Below, piece after piece: positions 1-12,100 of a DNA stretch of 64,000 nucleotides. Origin of the DNA: Methanotrichaceae archaeon (GTDB lineage Archaea; Halobacteriota; Methanosarcinia; Methanotrichales; Methanotrichaceae). Each line of letters opens with the position of its first letter. Positions within the stretch are counted from its first letter, which is position 1. Made by a program: the position numbers and the translations under genes. The notes beneath the pieces are model-generated. The model ran no database searches, was not told where the DNA came from, and saw nothing but the letters and a program-made list of their open reading frames with translations. The stretch is from assembly GCA_963754945.1 (NCBI GenBank), contig CAVWIG010000021.1, forward strand, positions 1 through 64,000, given 5' to 3'.

Positions 1-991
1 CTGTGTCGATTAAGCTTAAACAAGTTTGAGATAAATATTATATCATGAACTATGTTGATAATAGAGACTGGCCAGAATATAATGCCCAACTTGTTTGAGG
101 AGGCGAATCTCTATCTCGATTTGAGTTGTGTGAAGAACTGGAGTTGGGAATTAAGAGAAATGAATAGAAAGAAAACAGGCGCTCCATAGGAATCCAACCA
201 AACACTTTTATAACTTTTGAATCAATAATATACTCTTTTTTTCGAATGCCATATGCTCAACTGGGGGTTGGACGACTTTCGACCTATGAACCAGGATTGG
301 TGGCGGAAGATCATACCACCCTCCATAAGCGAAAATCTAAGCAAGAGATTGGAATAGAGATACCAGAGAGTGTGAATGTCTTTTGCAGTTGATTCAACTG
401 GGATAAAGGTAACAAATAGAGTGGGGATTGGATGCGCGAGAAACACGGAAAGCAGCGGCGAGGGATGGCTTAAAGTTCATATCGTCGACGTTGAATCAAA
501 GAGATTATTGTCTATGGAAATTACAGAAGCAAGGACACAACGGATAAAAGGTTTGTGCCCTTTGTTGAAAGACGTCAATATTGAGGAGGGGTTGATGGAC
601 GGCGCATATGACACAAACGACGCATTTGAATTTATGAAATCGAAAGGTGTAGATTGTCCAGGGATTAAGATCAGAGAGAACGCGAGAGTAGGTAAAGATG
701 CATCAGCCAGGTCAACAGCTGTTCTGGAATTCAAAAAAATGGGCTACAAGGGTTGGAAGCAAATGCATCAGTACGGGTACAAGGGTGGGCAAGTCCAAGG
801 CTTCTTCTCATCGATCAAGCGTATCTTTGGTGAGACGGTTCGGGCATCTTCACCCGAAGGAATCGGTCGCCGAGATTAAAAATATTCATTTTGTATAATA
901 TACTTAGGGACCATATAAGTAATTAGTTAAAATAAATTATGAATTCTTGAATAGAAAAAATAAGGACTCATAATAATCATGCGACACAGCA
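1..991 (+). pseudogene. Degenerate mirror copy of the IS5-family element (frameshifted transposase)
   Basis: Collinear with the reverse complement of 2558-3544; fragment ORF 376..879; right TIR cgacacagca at 982-991. Confidence 0.85.
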
Positions 992-2557
992 TTGCGATAT
1001 TCAATATCGTTCCAATTATCATCAAATTCTTCTGAATGTTCGAGTAGTTATTACAGAAGGATCTTCTCCCCTGTCCAGCCTATATTCTATATTTTTAGAA
1101 ATTATTTGGCCTTGTACATATTTCTTAAAAAGATTCTCTATAATTATTTCCGGATTCGAAATCCTCAAATCAGAAATAGGGATTTCTTTACTGCTATATA
1201 GGTCATGGTACTTGTTAGAAAATATTCTAAATAGCAAGTTGAAATTAATTAAATAATTTTCTAATTCTTTTCTTACTCCAAACATGGACTTTGACACCTT
1301 TACCCGATAAATTATTGGTGACATTATCAATGTAGCTATCAGAATAATAATCCCTGTCAAGCATCACATAACCAAAGGCGTTCTCAAATATCCAATTCTA
1401 TGTGAAGCAATCGCTCCCAGTTAAGAAAATCCATCTAGTGGAATGACAGAAAATCCATTTTCCTGAGCAAATTGATGATTTCCTAATCTTAATGCCACTT
1501 TTTTCAAAAAATTAAAGTCCTTCCCCTCCACAAAAAGGCAGGTTTTCCTCTAATAAAATTGACCAATTTCAAGTTTTGATGAGCCTAATTTGAGCAAATA
1601 CAAGTTTGCACTTCATTCTATGGTCGATAAAATTCTTTTGATATATTTATTTTTTATCTATTGATATTACATCTTCCGGTTCTACTTCTTCGATGATATC
1701 AACTGCATGATGTTGCTATAATGACTTGATTAGCCCTTTCCTTACAAATATTAACCAACTTTTTTTGAACTTCAAAAAAAGTTGGTTAATATTTGTAAGG
1801 AAAGGGCTAATCAAGTCATTATGGCGACGCATGCAGTTGATATCATCGAAGAAGTAGAACCGGAAGATGTAATATCAATAGATAAAAAATCAAATATATC
1901 AAAAAGATTATCGACCATAGATGAAGTGCAAACTTGTATTACTCAATTAGGCTCATATCAAAACTTGAAATTGGTCAATTTTATTAGAGGGAAAACATGC
2001 CTCTTTGTGGAGGGGAAGGACTTTAATTTTTTGAAAAAAGTGGCACTAAGATTAGGAAATGATCAATTTGCTCAGGAAAATGGATTTTCTGTCATTCCAC
2101 TAGATGGATTTTCTAACTGGGAGCGATTGCTTCACATAAATTGGATATTTGAGAACGCCTTTGGTGAAAAAGTAAAGTGTTATGTGATGCTTGACAGGGA
2201 TTATTATTCTGATAGCTACATTGATAATGTCACCAATAATTTATCGGGTAAAGGTGTCAAAGTCCATGTTTGGAGTAAGAAAGAATTAGAAAATTATTTA
2301 ATTAATTTCAACTTGCTATTTAGAATATTTTCTAACAAGTACCATGACCTATATCGCGGTAAAGAAATCCCTATTACATTTGAGGATTTCGAATCCGAAA
2401 TGGTTATGTTATTCGAATCTTTTAAGAAATATGTACAAGGCCAAATAATTTCTAAAAATATAGAATATAGGCTGGACAGGGGAGAAGATCCTTCTGTAAT
2501 AACTACTCGAACATTAGAAGAATTTGATGATAATTGGAACGATATTGAATATCGCAA

Positions 2558-3546
2558 TGCTGTGTCGCATGATTATTATAGTATTATTTCGTTATTCAAG
2601 AATTCATAATTTATTTTAACTAATTACTTATATGCTCCTAAGTATATTATACAAAATGAATGCTCTTTTAATCTCGGCGACCATTCCTTCGGGTGAAGAT
2701 GCCCGAACCGTCTCACCAAAGATACGCTTGATCGATGAGAAGAAGCCTTCAACTGCCCACCTTCTACCGTACTGATGCATTTGCTTCCAACCCTTGTAGC
2801 CCATTTTTTTGAATTCCAGAACAGCTGTTGACCTGGCTGATGCATCTTTACCTACTATCGCGTTCTCTCTGATCTTAATCCCTGGACAATCTACACCTTT
2901 CGATTTCATAAATTCAAATGCGTCGTTTGTGTCATATGCGCCATCCATCAACCCCTCCTCAATATTGACGTCTTTCAACAAAGGGCGCAAAACCTCGCTA
3001 TCCGAGGTGTCTTCTTCTGTAATTTCCATAGACAATAATCTCTTTGATTCAACGTCGACTGCCACATGAACTTTAAGCCATCCTCGCCGCTGCTTTCCGT
3101 GTTTCTCGCGCATCCAATCCCCTCTATTTGTTACCTTTATCCCAGTTGAATCAACTGCAACAACAGCGTCGTTCTCTGGTATCTCTATTCCAAGATCTTG
3201 CTTAGAGATTCGCTTATGGAGGGTGGTATAATCTGCCGCCACCAATCCTGGTTCATAGGTCGAAAGTCGTCCAAAGAATCCTTCAAGTTGACGATATGGC
3301 ATTCGAAAAAAAGAGTATATTATTGATGCAAAAGTTATAAAAGTGTTAGGGTATTTGTATGGAGCGCCTGTTTTCTTTCTATTCATTTCTCTTAATTCCC
3401 AACTCCAGTTCTTCACACAACTCAAATCGAGATAGAATTCGCCTCTTCGAACAAGTTGGGCATTATATTCTGGCCAGTCTCTATTATCAACATAGTTCAT
3501 GATATAATATTTATATTTAAACTATTTAAGCTTAATCGACACAGCA
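2558..3546 (-). mobile_element. IS5-family insertion sequence (IS903/ISH1-like), 989 bp
   Basis: TIRs TGCTGTGTCG / CGACACAGCA; 8-bp target duplication TATCGCAA at 2550-2557 and 3547-3554. Confidence 0.93.
2628..3500 (-). CDS. IS5-family DDE transposase
   Basis: AVDSTG, WLKVHVAVD, DGAYD and RWAVEGFFSSIKR motifs; 290 aa. Confidence 0.93.
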   Translation of the reverse strand: MNYVDNRDWPEYNAQLVRRGEFYLDLSCVKNWSWELREMNRKKTGAPYKYPNTFITFASIIYSFFRMPYRQLEGFFGRLSTYEPGLVAADYTTLHKRISKQDLGIEIPENDAVVAVDSTGIKVTNRGDWMREKHGKQRRGWLKVHVAVDVESKRLLSMEITEEDTSDSEVLRPLLKDVNIEEGLMDGAYDTNDAFEFMKSKGVDCPGIKIRENAIVGKDASARSTAVLEFKKMGYKGWKQMHQYGRRWAVEGFFSSIKRIFGETVRASSPEGMVAEIKRAFILYNILRSI

Positions 3547-4383
3547 TATCGCAAGGAAGTAATTCCTGGAAAAGATTACTTTTCGAGGATGAATCGATGG
3601 CTGAATAGCGAATATAAATTGGCTTTATCCCCAGGATATATCAGAAATTCCTTATTGAAGAGCGAAATTGATAAGGAAATTATCGATGCAATTAATGATT
3701 TTACAGAGCTTGTAAATTCTAGCTAATGAATTTAAATCCAGTCTTTTTTCAGAAGATTCTCCTAGAAAGTTACTGTTTCATTGTCAAGACATTCAAAAAG
3801 TCATTTCTTGTAGAAAATATATGAAGAAATTATGTGGCTAAAAGCTAATCCTACATTCCGCACTTTCGTTTTGAAATCTGGTATTTTTGCAGCTATCGAT
3901 TCAAAATTTTTGATCTAAATTTAATAATTTAATAAGAAATTTTAAAATAATAAGTTTGCATTACGTTGGTTATTTCATAAATGGGTTAAACGCATCTTCG
4001 GTCTTTTAATCCAGTACAAAGTCTTGAAGTTGAATATATTTAATTTATTAATTATAAATATTATGAATAAATCCTAAAATCGCTATCGGGAAAATTATTC
4101 AATTCACAAGTCAAAAGTGCGGAAATCCTCATGAGCCTCAGGACGGGGGGGCTCATGCCCGAAGAATGTAAATCGATATGCAGTATGAGATTTACATGGG
4201 AATGTAGGCTAATTATAATTTTGAGCAATATTAACGGGGAGCTCGCAGCTTCGCGGAGCCAATCTAGGTCTAGCGCATACCATCATTCGGACCAGGCGAC
4301 TTATGCCCGATTGATGCACACTGAACATATACCAGAACCAATATATTTATATTCTGTACCCATTCATAACGCTTGAGGGGAAT

Positions 4384-5850
4384 ATGACTGAAAAGTCCTG
4401 TAGGCATTTGCGCATATTGATACTTCTCTGTGTCTTCTGTATTGTTCCGGCAATTGCGGAAGCATCGAACGATTACTGGGCTCCGTGGGTAACACAAACC
4501 ACCACGAATTCTACGACCATCAACTGGCAAGGAGAAACCAATGGAAACGGCTCAATAGACTACGCCACGTCGAGTTATTTTAATCAGCATCATAGTTTTG
4601 AAAATACGATATCATCTCAGGTAGCTGCCCAGTATCAACATGTTCAGCTTACCGGCCTTGAACCAAATACATCGTATACCTACTGGGTGAGACCTTCAGG
4701 CAACGAGTCAGCATTTGGCAATCGCACGTTCCGGACGATGCCGCTCAGCGGTCCATTTACCTTTATTGTAGTCGGCGACACAAGGGAAGGTATTAATTAT
4801 ACTGAGGCGAAACGGTTCAAGTACGTAGCGGATGCCATCGGAAATGAGTCAAACGTGCTCTTTGTCTTGCATGGCGGGGATTTTGCCAGATTTGATTTGA
4901 CAAAAAAATGGGCAGCATTTTTTGAGTGTGCTGACAGGATGTTGGCGAAATCCACATTTTTCCCAGTCATTGGGAACCACGAATATCATAACCATAGCAA
5001 TGCAAATCTTGACGAAGAACACTATCATATTTGCCCTGGACAATGCCGCCCGTGCAATGATAACTGCTCCCCACCTACTGATGCCGTTAATTACCATTCG
5101 GCATTTGACATGCCTCTGAACTATTCCTTTGACTGTGCTGGTATCCGATTTGTTGTCTTGAACTCTCCGGACGTGAATTATTCATGTTGTGATGATCCAC
5201 AGACTTCTACTGCCCTTGCAGAGAGTCAAGCATCCTGGCTTCAACAGCAACTTGACAATAATATGTCGGGGACATTTACCATACATCACCATCCGATCTG
5301 GGATGCTGGACGTACCACGATGAATTCGAATCTAAGTTCATGGGAAAAGCTGTATCATGCCTACAATATCAGCGCAAATTTCGCGGGCCATACCCACAAT
5401 TACCAGAGATATAATATAAGCGGGATACCATATTTCATAGTTGGCAATGGTGGGGCACCGAATGACGATGTCAACAACTCTACCAAATATCCTATTGGGT
5501 TACAGTCGGTTTTGCCAATGCAGCTCGGGTATCTTAAGGTCACTGTTGATCCGGCAAACAATACGGCTACAGCATGGGAGATTACCGTCGGCAAGCTTAC
5601 GGGGTGGGAAGACAACGAGACACCTCAGTTATATAATCCACCGGTAATTAATGATACGATCACATTCCCTCTTAAGGCCAATGTAAGCCCGCCTCCCGCT
5701 TCTAGTGGTAACACCAGCAAAACGATAAACAAAGAGCAAATAAAGATCGGTAACAGTCATGCAGAGGCGTACGAATCTGGGTCAGCGATGAACAACATCA
5801 ATATAGTAACCTCTCAGGGGCCATTACATGCCTCCACCTACTCTGCCTAG
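4384..5850 (+). CDS. Secreted metallophosphoesterase with FN3-like N-domain (purple acid phosphatase-like)
   Basis: Signal peptide; HVQLTGLEPNTSYTY; GDTR, HGGD, GNHE, HHP and GHTH motifs. Confidence 0.85.
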   Translation: MTEKSCRHLRILILLCVFCIVPAIAEASNDYWAPWVTQTTTNSTTINWQGETNGNGSIDYATSSYFNQHHSFENTISSQVAAQYQHVQLTGLEPNTSYTYWVRPSGNESAFGNRTFRTMPLSGPFTFIVVGDTREGINYTEAKRFKYVADAIGNESNVLFVLHGGDFARFDLTKKWAAFFECADRMLAKSTFFPVIGNHEYHNHSNANLDEEHYHICPGQCRPCNDNCSPPTDAVNYHSAFDMPLNYSFDCAGIRFVVLNSPDVNYSCCDDPQTSTALAESQASWLQQQLDNNMSGTFTIHHHPIWDAGRTTMNSNLSSWEKLYHAYNISANFAGHTHNYQRYNISGIPYFIVGNGGAPNDDVNNSTKYPIGLQSVLPMQLGYLKVTVDPANNTATAWEITVGKLTGWEDNETPQLYNPPVINDTITFPLKANVSPPPASSGNTSKTINKEQIKIGNSHAEAYESGSAMNNINIVTSQGPLHASTYSA

Positions 5851-5910
5851 CAACAAGACTGTAGCTTGCAGCAAGACATCACTGCGAGCTACAAATTACC
5901 GGGGATTCCC

Positions 5911-6810
5911 ATGGCCAGCTACAACCTCCTGCCCCTGAAAACCTTGGAAGAACGAGCCAGTGAGGCCATCTCCAGGCTCGAAAGTTGCCAGATCTGCCCC
6001 AGATATTGCCGTGTCAACCGCCTGAATGGCGAGTTGGGCTTCTGCCGTGGCGAAAGGCACGCCAGGATCTACAGCTATGCTCCTCACTTTGGCGAAGAAC
6101 CGCCCTTGGTTGGCACGCGCGGCTCCGGCACCATCTTCTTCTCCGGTTGCAATCTGGCCTGCGTCTTCTGCCAGAACTACGAGATCAGCCAACTGGATCA
6201 GGGTACCGAAGTACGCGCCGTTGGCCTGGCCACGATGATGAAAAGACTTCAGGACCTCGGGTGCCACAACATAAACTTCGTCACACCATCACACTATGTG
6301 CCCCAGATCCTGGAGGTCCTGATATTGGCGAGGGTGATGGGCCTGAACGTTCCCCTGGTCTACAACAGCGGCTACGACTCAGTTGAGACACTGCGGCTCT
6401 TGGACGGCATCTTCGACATCTACATGCCTGACATGAAGTACGGCTCCGATGAGATGGCTCTCAAGTATTCAAACGCCACGGAGTACACCAAATACGCCAA
6501 AGCTGCAATCCTCGAGATGCACCGCCAGGTGGGCGACCTGGTGATCGACGATGACGGCATTGCCGTCAGAGGGCTGCTGGTTCGCCATCTGGTCCTGCCT
6601 GAGGGCGCAGCCGGCACAGCAGAGGTTGTTCGCTTTCTATCCCAGGAGGTTTCTCGGAACACCTACCTCAACGTCATGGCCCAGTACAGGCCCGAGTACA
6701 ATGCGTGTGGATATTCTGATATCGACAGGAGCCTGACGGCCCAGGAGTACAGAGAGGCGGTTCAAATGGCAGCCGATGCCGGTCTGACTCGGGGATTGGA
6801 TATCTATTAA
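5911..6810 (+). CDS. Radical SAM protein, PflX family (COG1313-like)
   Basis: CQICPRYC N-terminal cluster, CNLACVFC radical SAM motif, HNINFVTP, RHLVLP. ATG at 5911 preferred over TTG at 5866. Confidence 0.88.
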   Translation: MASYNLLPLKTLEERASEAISRLESCQICPRYCRVNRLNGELGFCRGERHARIYSYAPHFGEEPPLVGTRGSGTIFFSGCNLACVFCQNYEISQLDQGTEVRAVGLATMMKRLQDLGCHNINFVTPSHYVPQILEVLILARVMGLNVPLVYNSGYDSVETLRLLDGIFDIYMPDMKYGSDEMALKYSNATEYTKYAKAAILEMHRQVGDLVIDDDGIAVRGLLVRHLVLPEGAAGTAEVVRFLSQEVSRNTYLNVMAQYRPEYNACGYSDIDRSLTAQEYREAVQMAADAGLTRGLDIY

Positions 6811-6851
6811 TAGACTCCACAGGAGATATTATAGTACAATATAGTGAAGAT

Positions 6852-7286
6852 ATGGTGAAGATGAAGCCTTACGAATACCTCGAACACACCGCCGACATCA
6901 AGTTCAGAGCATACGGAAAAAGCCCGGATGAAATGCTCAGCAACGCCGCTCTGGCCCTCTTCAACTCAATGATAGACACTGGCACCGTCCATGTCACGGA
7001 GACTTGGAAGGTGGAGCTCTCCGGGCCCGATCTCGAACGCCTGGCTTACAATTGGCTCTCCGAGCTGGTGTTCCTCTTCGAGACCGAGTTTGCAGTGTTC
7101 TCGACCTTCGACGTCTTGCTGCACCAGAACAGCGATAGCGATTGGAGCCTTCAGGCCGTTGTAGGCGGTGAGAAGATAGATCATAGCAGACACGCCTTCG
7201 ATAACGAGGTCAAGGCAGTGACCCTCCACGAGTTTGAGATCAAGAAGAATGATCTCTGGTGCATACAGGTGGTTCTTGACGTTTGA
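6852..7286 (+). CDS. Archease
   Basis: EHTAD, EVKAVTLH and VVLDV motifs; lies directly upstream of rtcB. Confidence 0.95.
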   Translation: MVKMKPYEYLEHTADIKFRAYGKSPDEMLSNAALALFNSMIDTGTVHVTETWKVELSGPDLERLAYNWLSELVFLFETEFAVFSTFDVLLHQNSDSDWSLQAVVGGEKIDHSRHAFDNEVKAVTLHEFEIKKNDLWCIQVVLDV

Positions 7287-7329
7287 TTTCGGATTACGAT
7301 TCTGGATTATGATTCTGGACGTGTGATCA

Positions 7330-8751
7330 ATGCTCAACAAGATTGAAGATAACATTTACGAATTGCCCATGGACTACCGCCCTGGAATGAGGGTTCCCGG
7401 AAGGGTCTTCGTCTCCGAAGCCCTGCTCGGAATGGTAGAACCCGGGACGATAGATCAGGTAGCCAACGTTGCCAGCCTGCCGGGGATAGTCAAATACTCC
7501 ATGGCCATGCCGGACGCCCATCTGGGCTACGGCTTTCCCATCGGAGGCGTGGCCGCCTTCCGAGAGGATGGAGGGGTTATCAGCCCGGGTGGGGTAGGTT
7601 TCGACATCAACTGCGGTGTGAGGATGCTCAGATCGAACCTGGAAGCAAAGACTGTCCAGCCGTTGATCTCCGTACTGGTGGACGCCCTCTTCGAGGCCGT
7701 ACCATCCGGTGTTGGGGCAACGAGCAGGCTTCATGTCTCCGACAAAGAGCTGACCGATGTTTTCATCGATGGTGCCAAGTGGGCCGTGGGTCAAGGCTAC
7801 GGCGTGGAGGCCGACCTGGCTCACTGCGAGGAGAATGGTTCTATGAAGGGCGCTGACCCGTCTCAGGTCAGCATTAAGGCCCGCAAGAGGGGCCGACCTC
7901 AGTTAGGCACCCTGGGTAGCGGCAACCACTTCCTGGAGATCCAGAGGGTGGACGAGATCTACGATGAGGAAGTAGCAAAAAAGTTCGGGCTGTTCAAAGG
8001 CCAGATAACGGTCATGATCCACTGCGGCTCCCGGGGGGCTGGCCACCAGATCTGCACCGACCATCTAGAGGTGCTGAGCAGGGCGGTCCACAAGTACAAT
8101 ATCGACATCCCGGACAAGCAACTGGCCTGCGCGCCCCTGGGGACGCCAGAAGCTGAAAACTACTTCGGGGGGATGGTCTGCGCCGCAAACTACGCCTGGG
8201 CCAACCGCCACATCATCGCTCACTGGACAAGAGAGGTCTTCGAGAAGTACTTCCCTGAGGGGAAGCTGGACTTGGTCTACGATGTCGCTCACAACGTGGC
8301 CAAGATAGAAGAGCACGATATCGATGGAGTTCGCGAACGCCTGTGCGTCCACAGAAAAGGCGCAACAAGAGCCTTTGGCCCCTCACGGAGTGAAGTTCCT
8401 GATGTTTACAGAGACGTGGGCCAGCCGGTTCTTATTCCGGGGAGCATGGGCACAGCCTCGTATGTGCTGTGCGGAAAAGACAGGGCACTGGAGGTAACCT
8501 TCGGATCGGCCTGTCACGGCGCGGGAAGGATAATGAGCCGCAGCCAGGCAAAGAGGACCTTTGCAGGGCAGGACATCAAGGCTGCACTGAGTGCCCAGGG
8601 AATTAAGGTCAAAGCCACCCACCCTGCCATGCTCGCCGAAGAGGCCCCCCAGGTCTACAAGCCCTCCAACGAGGTAGTTGACGTGGTGCACAACCTCGGG
8701 ATAGCCACGAAGGTTGCGAGATTGGTGCCCCTAGGAGTCTCCAAAGGATAG
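7330..8751 (+). CDS. rtcB: RNA-splicing ligase RtcB
   Basis: MPDAHLGYGFPIGG, DINCG, GNHF, HRKGAT and HGAGR motifs. Confidence 0.97.
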   Translation: MLNKIEDNIYELPMDYRPGMRVPGRVFVSEALLGMVEPGTIDQVANVASLPGIVKYSMAMPDAHLGYGFPIGGVAAFREDGGVISPGGVGFDINCGVRMLRSNLEAKTVQPLISVLVDALFEAVPSGVGATSRLHVSDKELTDVFIDGAKWAVGQGYGVEADLAHCEENGSMKGADPSQVSIKARKRGRPQLGTLGSGNHFLEIQRVDEIYDEEVAKKFGLFKGQITVMIHCGSRGAGHQICTDHLEVLSRAVHKYNIDIPDKQLACAPLGTPEAENYFGGMVCAANYAWANRHIIAHWTREVFEKYFPEGKLDLVYDVAHNVAKIEEHDIDGVRERLCVHRKGATRAFGPSRSEVPDVYRDVGQPVLIPGSMGTASYVLCGKDRALEVTFGSACHGAGRIMSRSQAKRTFAGQDIKAALSAQGIKVKATHPAMLAEEAPQVYKPSNEVVDVVHNLGIATKVARLVPLGVSKG

Positions 8752-8849
8752 AACTTTCGGGGCCGACTAAGTCGCGCCCCATCGAAGTCCACCTCACCGC
8801 CCTTAGTCATCCTTTTTTCTTTGCCGAAGCGCTCTGCTGATCAATTTTC

Positions 8850-9110
8850 TCAGATGGCAATACCCATGAAGTGGAGAAGGATTATCAGGATGGCCCCCAG
8901 AGCGCCTCCGATCGCACAGATCAGTATGACCAACAGACTGTAACCTATCCCTAGGCCAGCGATGGCGTTGGCCAGAAAGAGTATCATAAGGCCAACCACA
9001 GCGTTGACCAGGAAGTTCTTGATCGATCTCAGGACGATGAAAGCGCCGAAGACTATGGCCAGGGCGAGCACAATTAGCCCCAAAATCCCTGTTTCTATCA
9101 TAATCACCAT
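8850..9110 (-). CDS. Small membrane protein, BofA-like family
   Basis: Three hydrophobic segments with an NAVVGL...ICAIGG pattern. Confidence 0.6.
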   Translation of the reverse strand: MVIMIETGILGLIVLALAIVFGAFIVLRSIKNFLVNAVVGLMILFLANAIAGLGIGYSLLVILICAIGGALGAILIILLHFMGIAI

Positions 9111-9136
9111 TAAACCTGTAACGTTTAAAAGGGTTC

Positions 9137-12100
9137 TCAGACTCCGGCTTTGACATCCAGCGGCTCCATCTCGCTCTCTAGCCTGTGCAGCTCTTTGGTG
9201 TCCAGGGATAGTGGATCGATATGCACCAGGAAGATGGCGTTTTTCAAGGCGACGTCGTCCCTCTGAGATTGGATGAACCGCAGAACTGTCTCGTAGTTGC
9301 TCTGGGTGATCAGGTAGCCTAGCCCTTCCAGGAGTATCACCGGATAGTTCGCCTTTCGAAGGAAGTCTGAGAGCATGCTGCTGAGCCTCGGGAAGTTGGT
9401 GGGATCCACAGACCTGTGCTCCGACTCGCTCTTCTGGGTAAGCCAGATGACCGTCCCGGCAGGAATGCCGTATCTTTCGCTGAGGAGCTCAGGGTTGTAC
9501 CTGCTCAGACACAGGCCGTCCATCCCATGGTTTACCAGATTACCGAAGATCTCCAGGCTCTTGTTCGGCTTTTCCTCCTCGATGACATAGGTGGTCCCTG
9601 GTATGAGAGCGATCTCGAGGGGACTCCGACCAAAGCTATTCATGAGCTCCCTCACAGACGCTGCCAGGTCGAACTTGGGATCGTACTTCTTAATAATCCT
9701 TCCAAGTCTTCTGATAGCAATGAAGAACTCCCGACGGTTCAAAACTATGCCTGAACAGATCTTCAATGCAACCTTACTGGACTGTGCCATGTCAGGATCA
9801 CATGCCGCCGATGATTCGCCTCCTATGGGCACCGCCTTTTCAAAGATAGTGCCAGACTCGATTGATTCGTTTACATCTCTGATGACATCGACCCTTGTCG
9901 CACTGTCAAGCCCAGACAGCATGGCATCAGAGAAGACCTTAAACAGGTAAGCAGAGAGCGGCCCAATGGTGAAGATGAGCTCTTTGATCTCGTTTATCTC
10001 CGAGGCAATCTCCCGGTGTACGAACTCCGGCCTCTCTGCCAGAACCATGCGGGTCCCTCTGGATAACAGCTCTATCTCGTAGACGAAGTCCAGCACCTCC
10101 CTCTCAGGGACCAAGTCGGCGTTCTCCTTTATCAGGTGCTCGACGTTATCCAAAAGCACGATGCTGTTCTTGCTGGATTCGACGAAGGACTTAATGGTCA
10201 CGAAGAGCAGCGGCAGGTTTGTGGGGGATATGTACCTCTCTGAACCTTTTTCGTGACTGAGCTTGATAATAGGTGTCTCCCTGAAACCCCATCTTCTCCG
10301 AAGCTCCTCAGGGTCGTGGGTGGTTATGCACAAACCCTGCACGCCATGGGTGATCTGGTCCGTGAACACCTCGTATGCCTTTTCGGGAATTACGAAAGTC
10401 CTGCCGGGCCTCAGTTCGTAGGCCGGCTGGGTGGCCTCTGCAGCCTCTTGCACCGGTGTGACTAAAACCTTCTCCTCAACGATCATCCTGGTAGCCGAGG
10501 GCCCAACGGAGCCGGTGAGGGTCTTCTCGAACTCGCCCCACAGCTCCAGAAGCTGTTTAGCATCGATCCTGTCTCGAGTTATCCCTAAGCTATCAAGCTC
10601 TGCATTAACAAGCCTTTTAGCCCTGTCGTCTCCGATGTATCGAGCTAATGTCGTCTGAAGCTCATCTACAGTCCCCATTCTGATGGAACCCCTCTCCACC
10701 GGAAGAGGCTCGACGTTCTCTTTGAAAACGTCTACAAAGCTGCTGGTCAGGGCGGCCTCAGCAGGGCTAGGCCTGGACATCAGAGATACCAGCACGTACA
10801 GTGAACAGTTTACGAAAAGGGTCCAGAAGACCGAATGTGTCCAGATGTCGAGGTCCATTCCAAAGAGCGCAGTGGGCTTCAGAGCCGTTATGCCAAAAGG
10901 CCCGTTGGCAACGAGATTGGCCGACAGCCAGCCTTCCCCGGCTACAGTTGGGATCAAAGCGGTGTAGATCCATAGCAGAAAGCCGGACACGAGGCCTGCC
11001 ATGGCTCCCTCTCTGGTTCCCCTCTTCCAGAACAACCCTCCAATGGCAGCAGGGGCAAACTGACTGGCAGCCAGGAAGGAGACAATACCAATATCAGCAA
11101 GGCTGTGGTAGGCCACAGCCCGGGAGTAAAGATAACCCAGGGCTACTACAAGCAGGATGTTCAGCCTTCTCATCTGCAGGAGAAGTCCTGGGAGGTTCAT
11201 GCCCCCCCCTATTCGACCCAGCAGGTAAGGCATCTCAAGGTCGTTGAGCATCATGGTTCCCACAGCAACTGACTCCACGAGGATCATGGCCGTGGCGGCC
11301 GAAGCACCACCGATGAAGACGAAAAGGGCCAGCAAGTCCTGGCCATGAGTGTAAGGAATGGTGATTATGAAAGCGTCCTTGATTCCAGGAGTGTTCAGAA
11401 GCAGTCCACCCCATGCAATGGCCGGGACGAAAATGTTCATCAGGAGCAGATAAAGTGGAAAGAGCCACATGGCTTTCTTCAGGTGCGACTCGTCCGAGTT
11501 CTCCACAACCATAACATAGAACTGCCTGGGAAGTAAGAGTATGGCGAAGAACGAGATCAATGTGAGAGAAAACCAGGAAGTATAATTTATGCTCATAAGA
11601 TTGGAGTATTCGGGGTTTGTCGAGATGGCCCGGGAAATTCCGTCCAGGATAGGCCCGTATCCGCCGAAGATTCCATAGGTTACGTAAAGCCCTACCAGAA
11701 GAAAAGAGACGAGCTTGACCAGGGACTCGAAGGCCACGACGGCGATAAGCCCATCGTGGTGCTCCTCCATTGGATCGAGGTGTCTAGCACCGAAGATAAC
11801 TGCGAACGCGCCCAAGAGCAAAGCCACGACAAGCTTGCTCTCGATCTCTATGCCCAAGATCATATGCGGCCCACTCAACACCTCCAGAGATGTGGAAATC
11901 GCTATCAACTGAAGGGCGACGTAAGGTGTGACCATTACCAGGCTGACGACAGCCACGATGGCTCCAATGGCATAGCTCCTGCCATACCGAAAGCTGATGA
12001 AGTCGCTAATCGATGTCAAACGGTGCTCTTTAGCGATCTTGATCATCTTCCTTATGATGACCCAAGCTAGGAGCATGGCAAGAGATGGACCAAGATAGAT

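Larger units (their letters stand above)
1..3544. repeat. Fold-back inverted duplication centred on position 1770; left arm 1-1769 is an error-rich mirror of 1771-3544
   Basis: Near-perfect palindrome around C1770 (...aactttttttgaa C ttcaaaaaaagtt...). The left arm reproduces the IS, its target junction (ttgcgata 992-999) and the nuclease gene in reverse, with many indels and substitutions. Confidence 0.95.
1771..3726 (+). pseudogene. OLD-family/ATP-dependent nuclease (ABC-ATPase end + TOPRIM); 5' part missing at the fold-back and interrupted by an IS
   Basis: IMATHA (H-loop), LFVEGKD, LDRD and KELENYL motifs. The frame resumes after the IS at 3547 (YRKEVIPGKDYF...LVNSS*) and stops at 3726. 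Confidence 0.75.

Noticed and set aside
1-991. Third independent IS insertion
   Set aside because: It shares the target junction and flank of the 2558-3546 copy, so it is part of the mirror image.
6852-8751. Archease-rtcB as a novel RNA repair system
   Set aside because: It is a well-characterised conserved archaeal pair.
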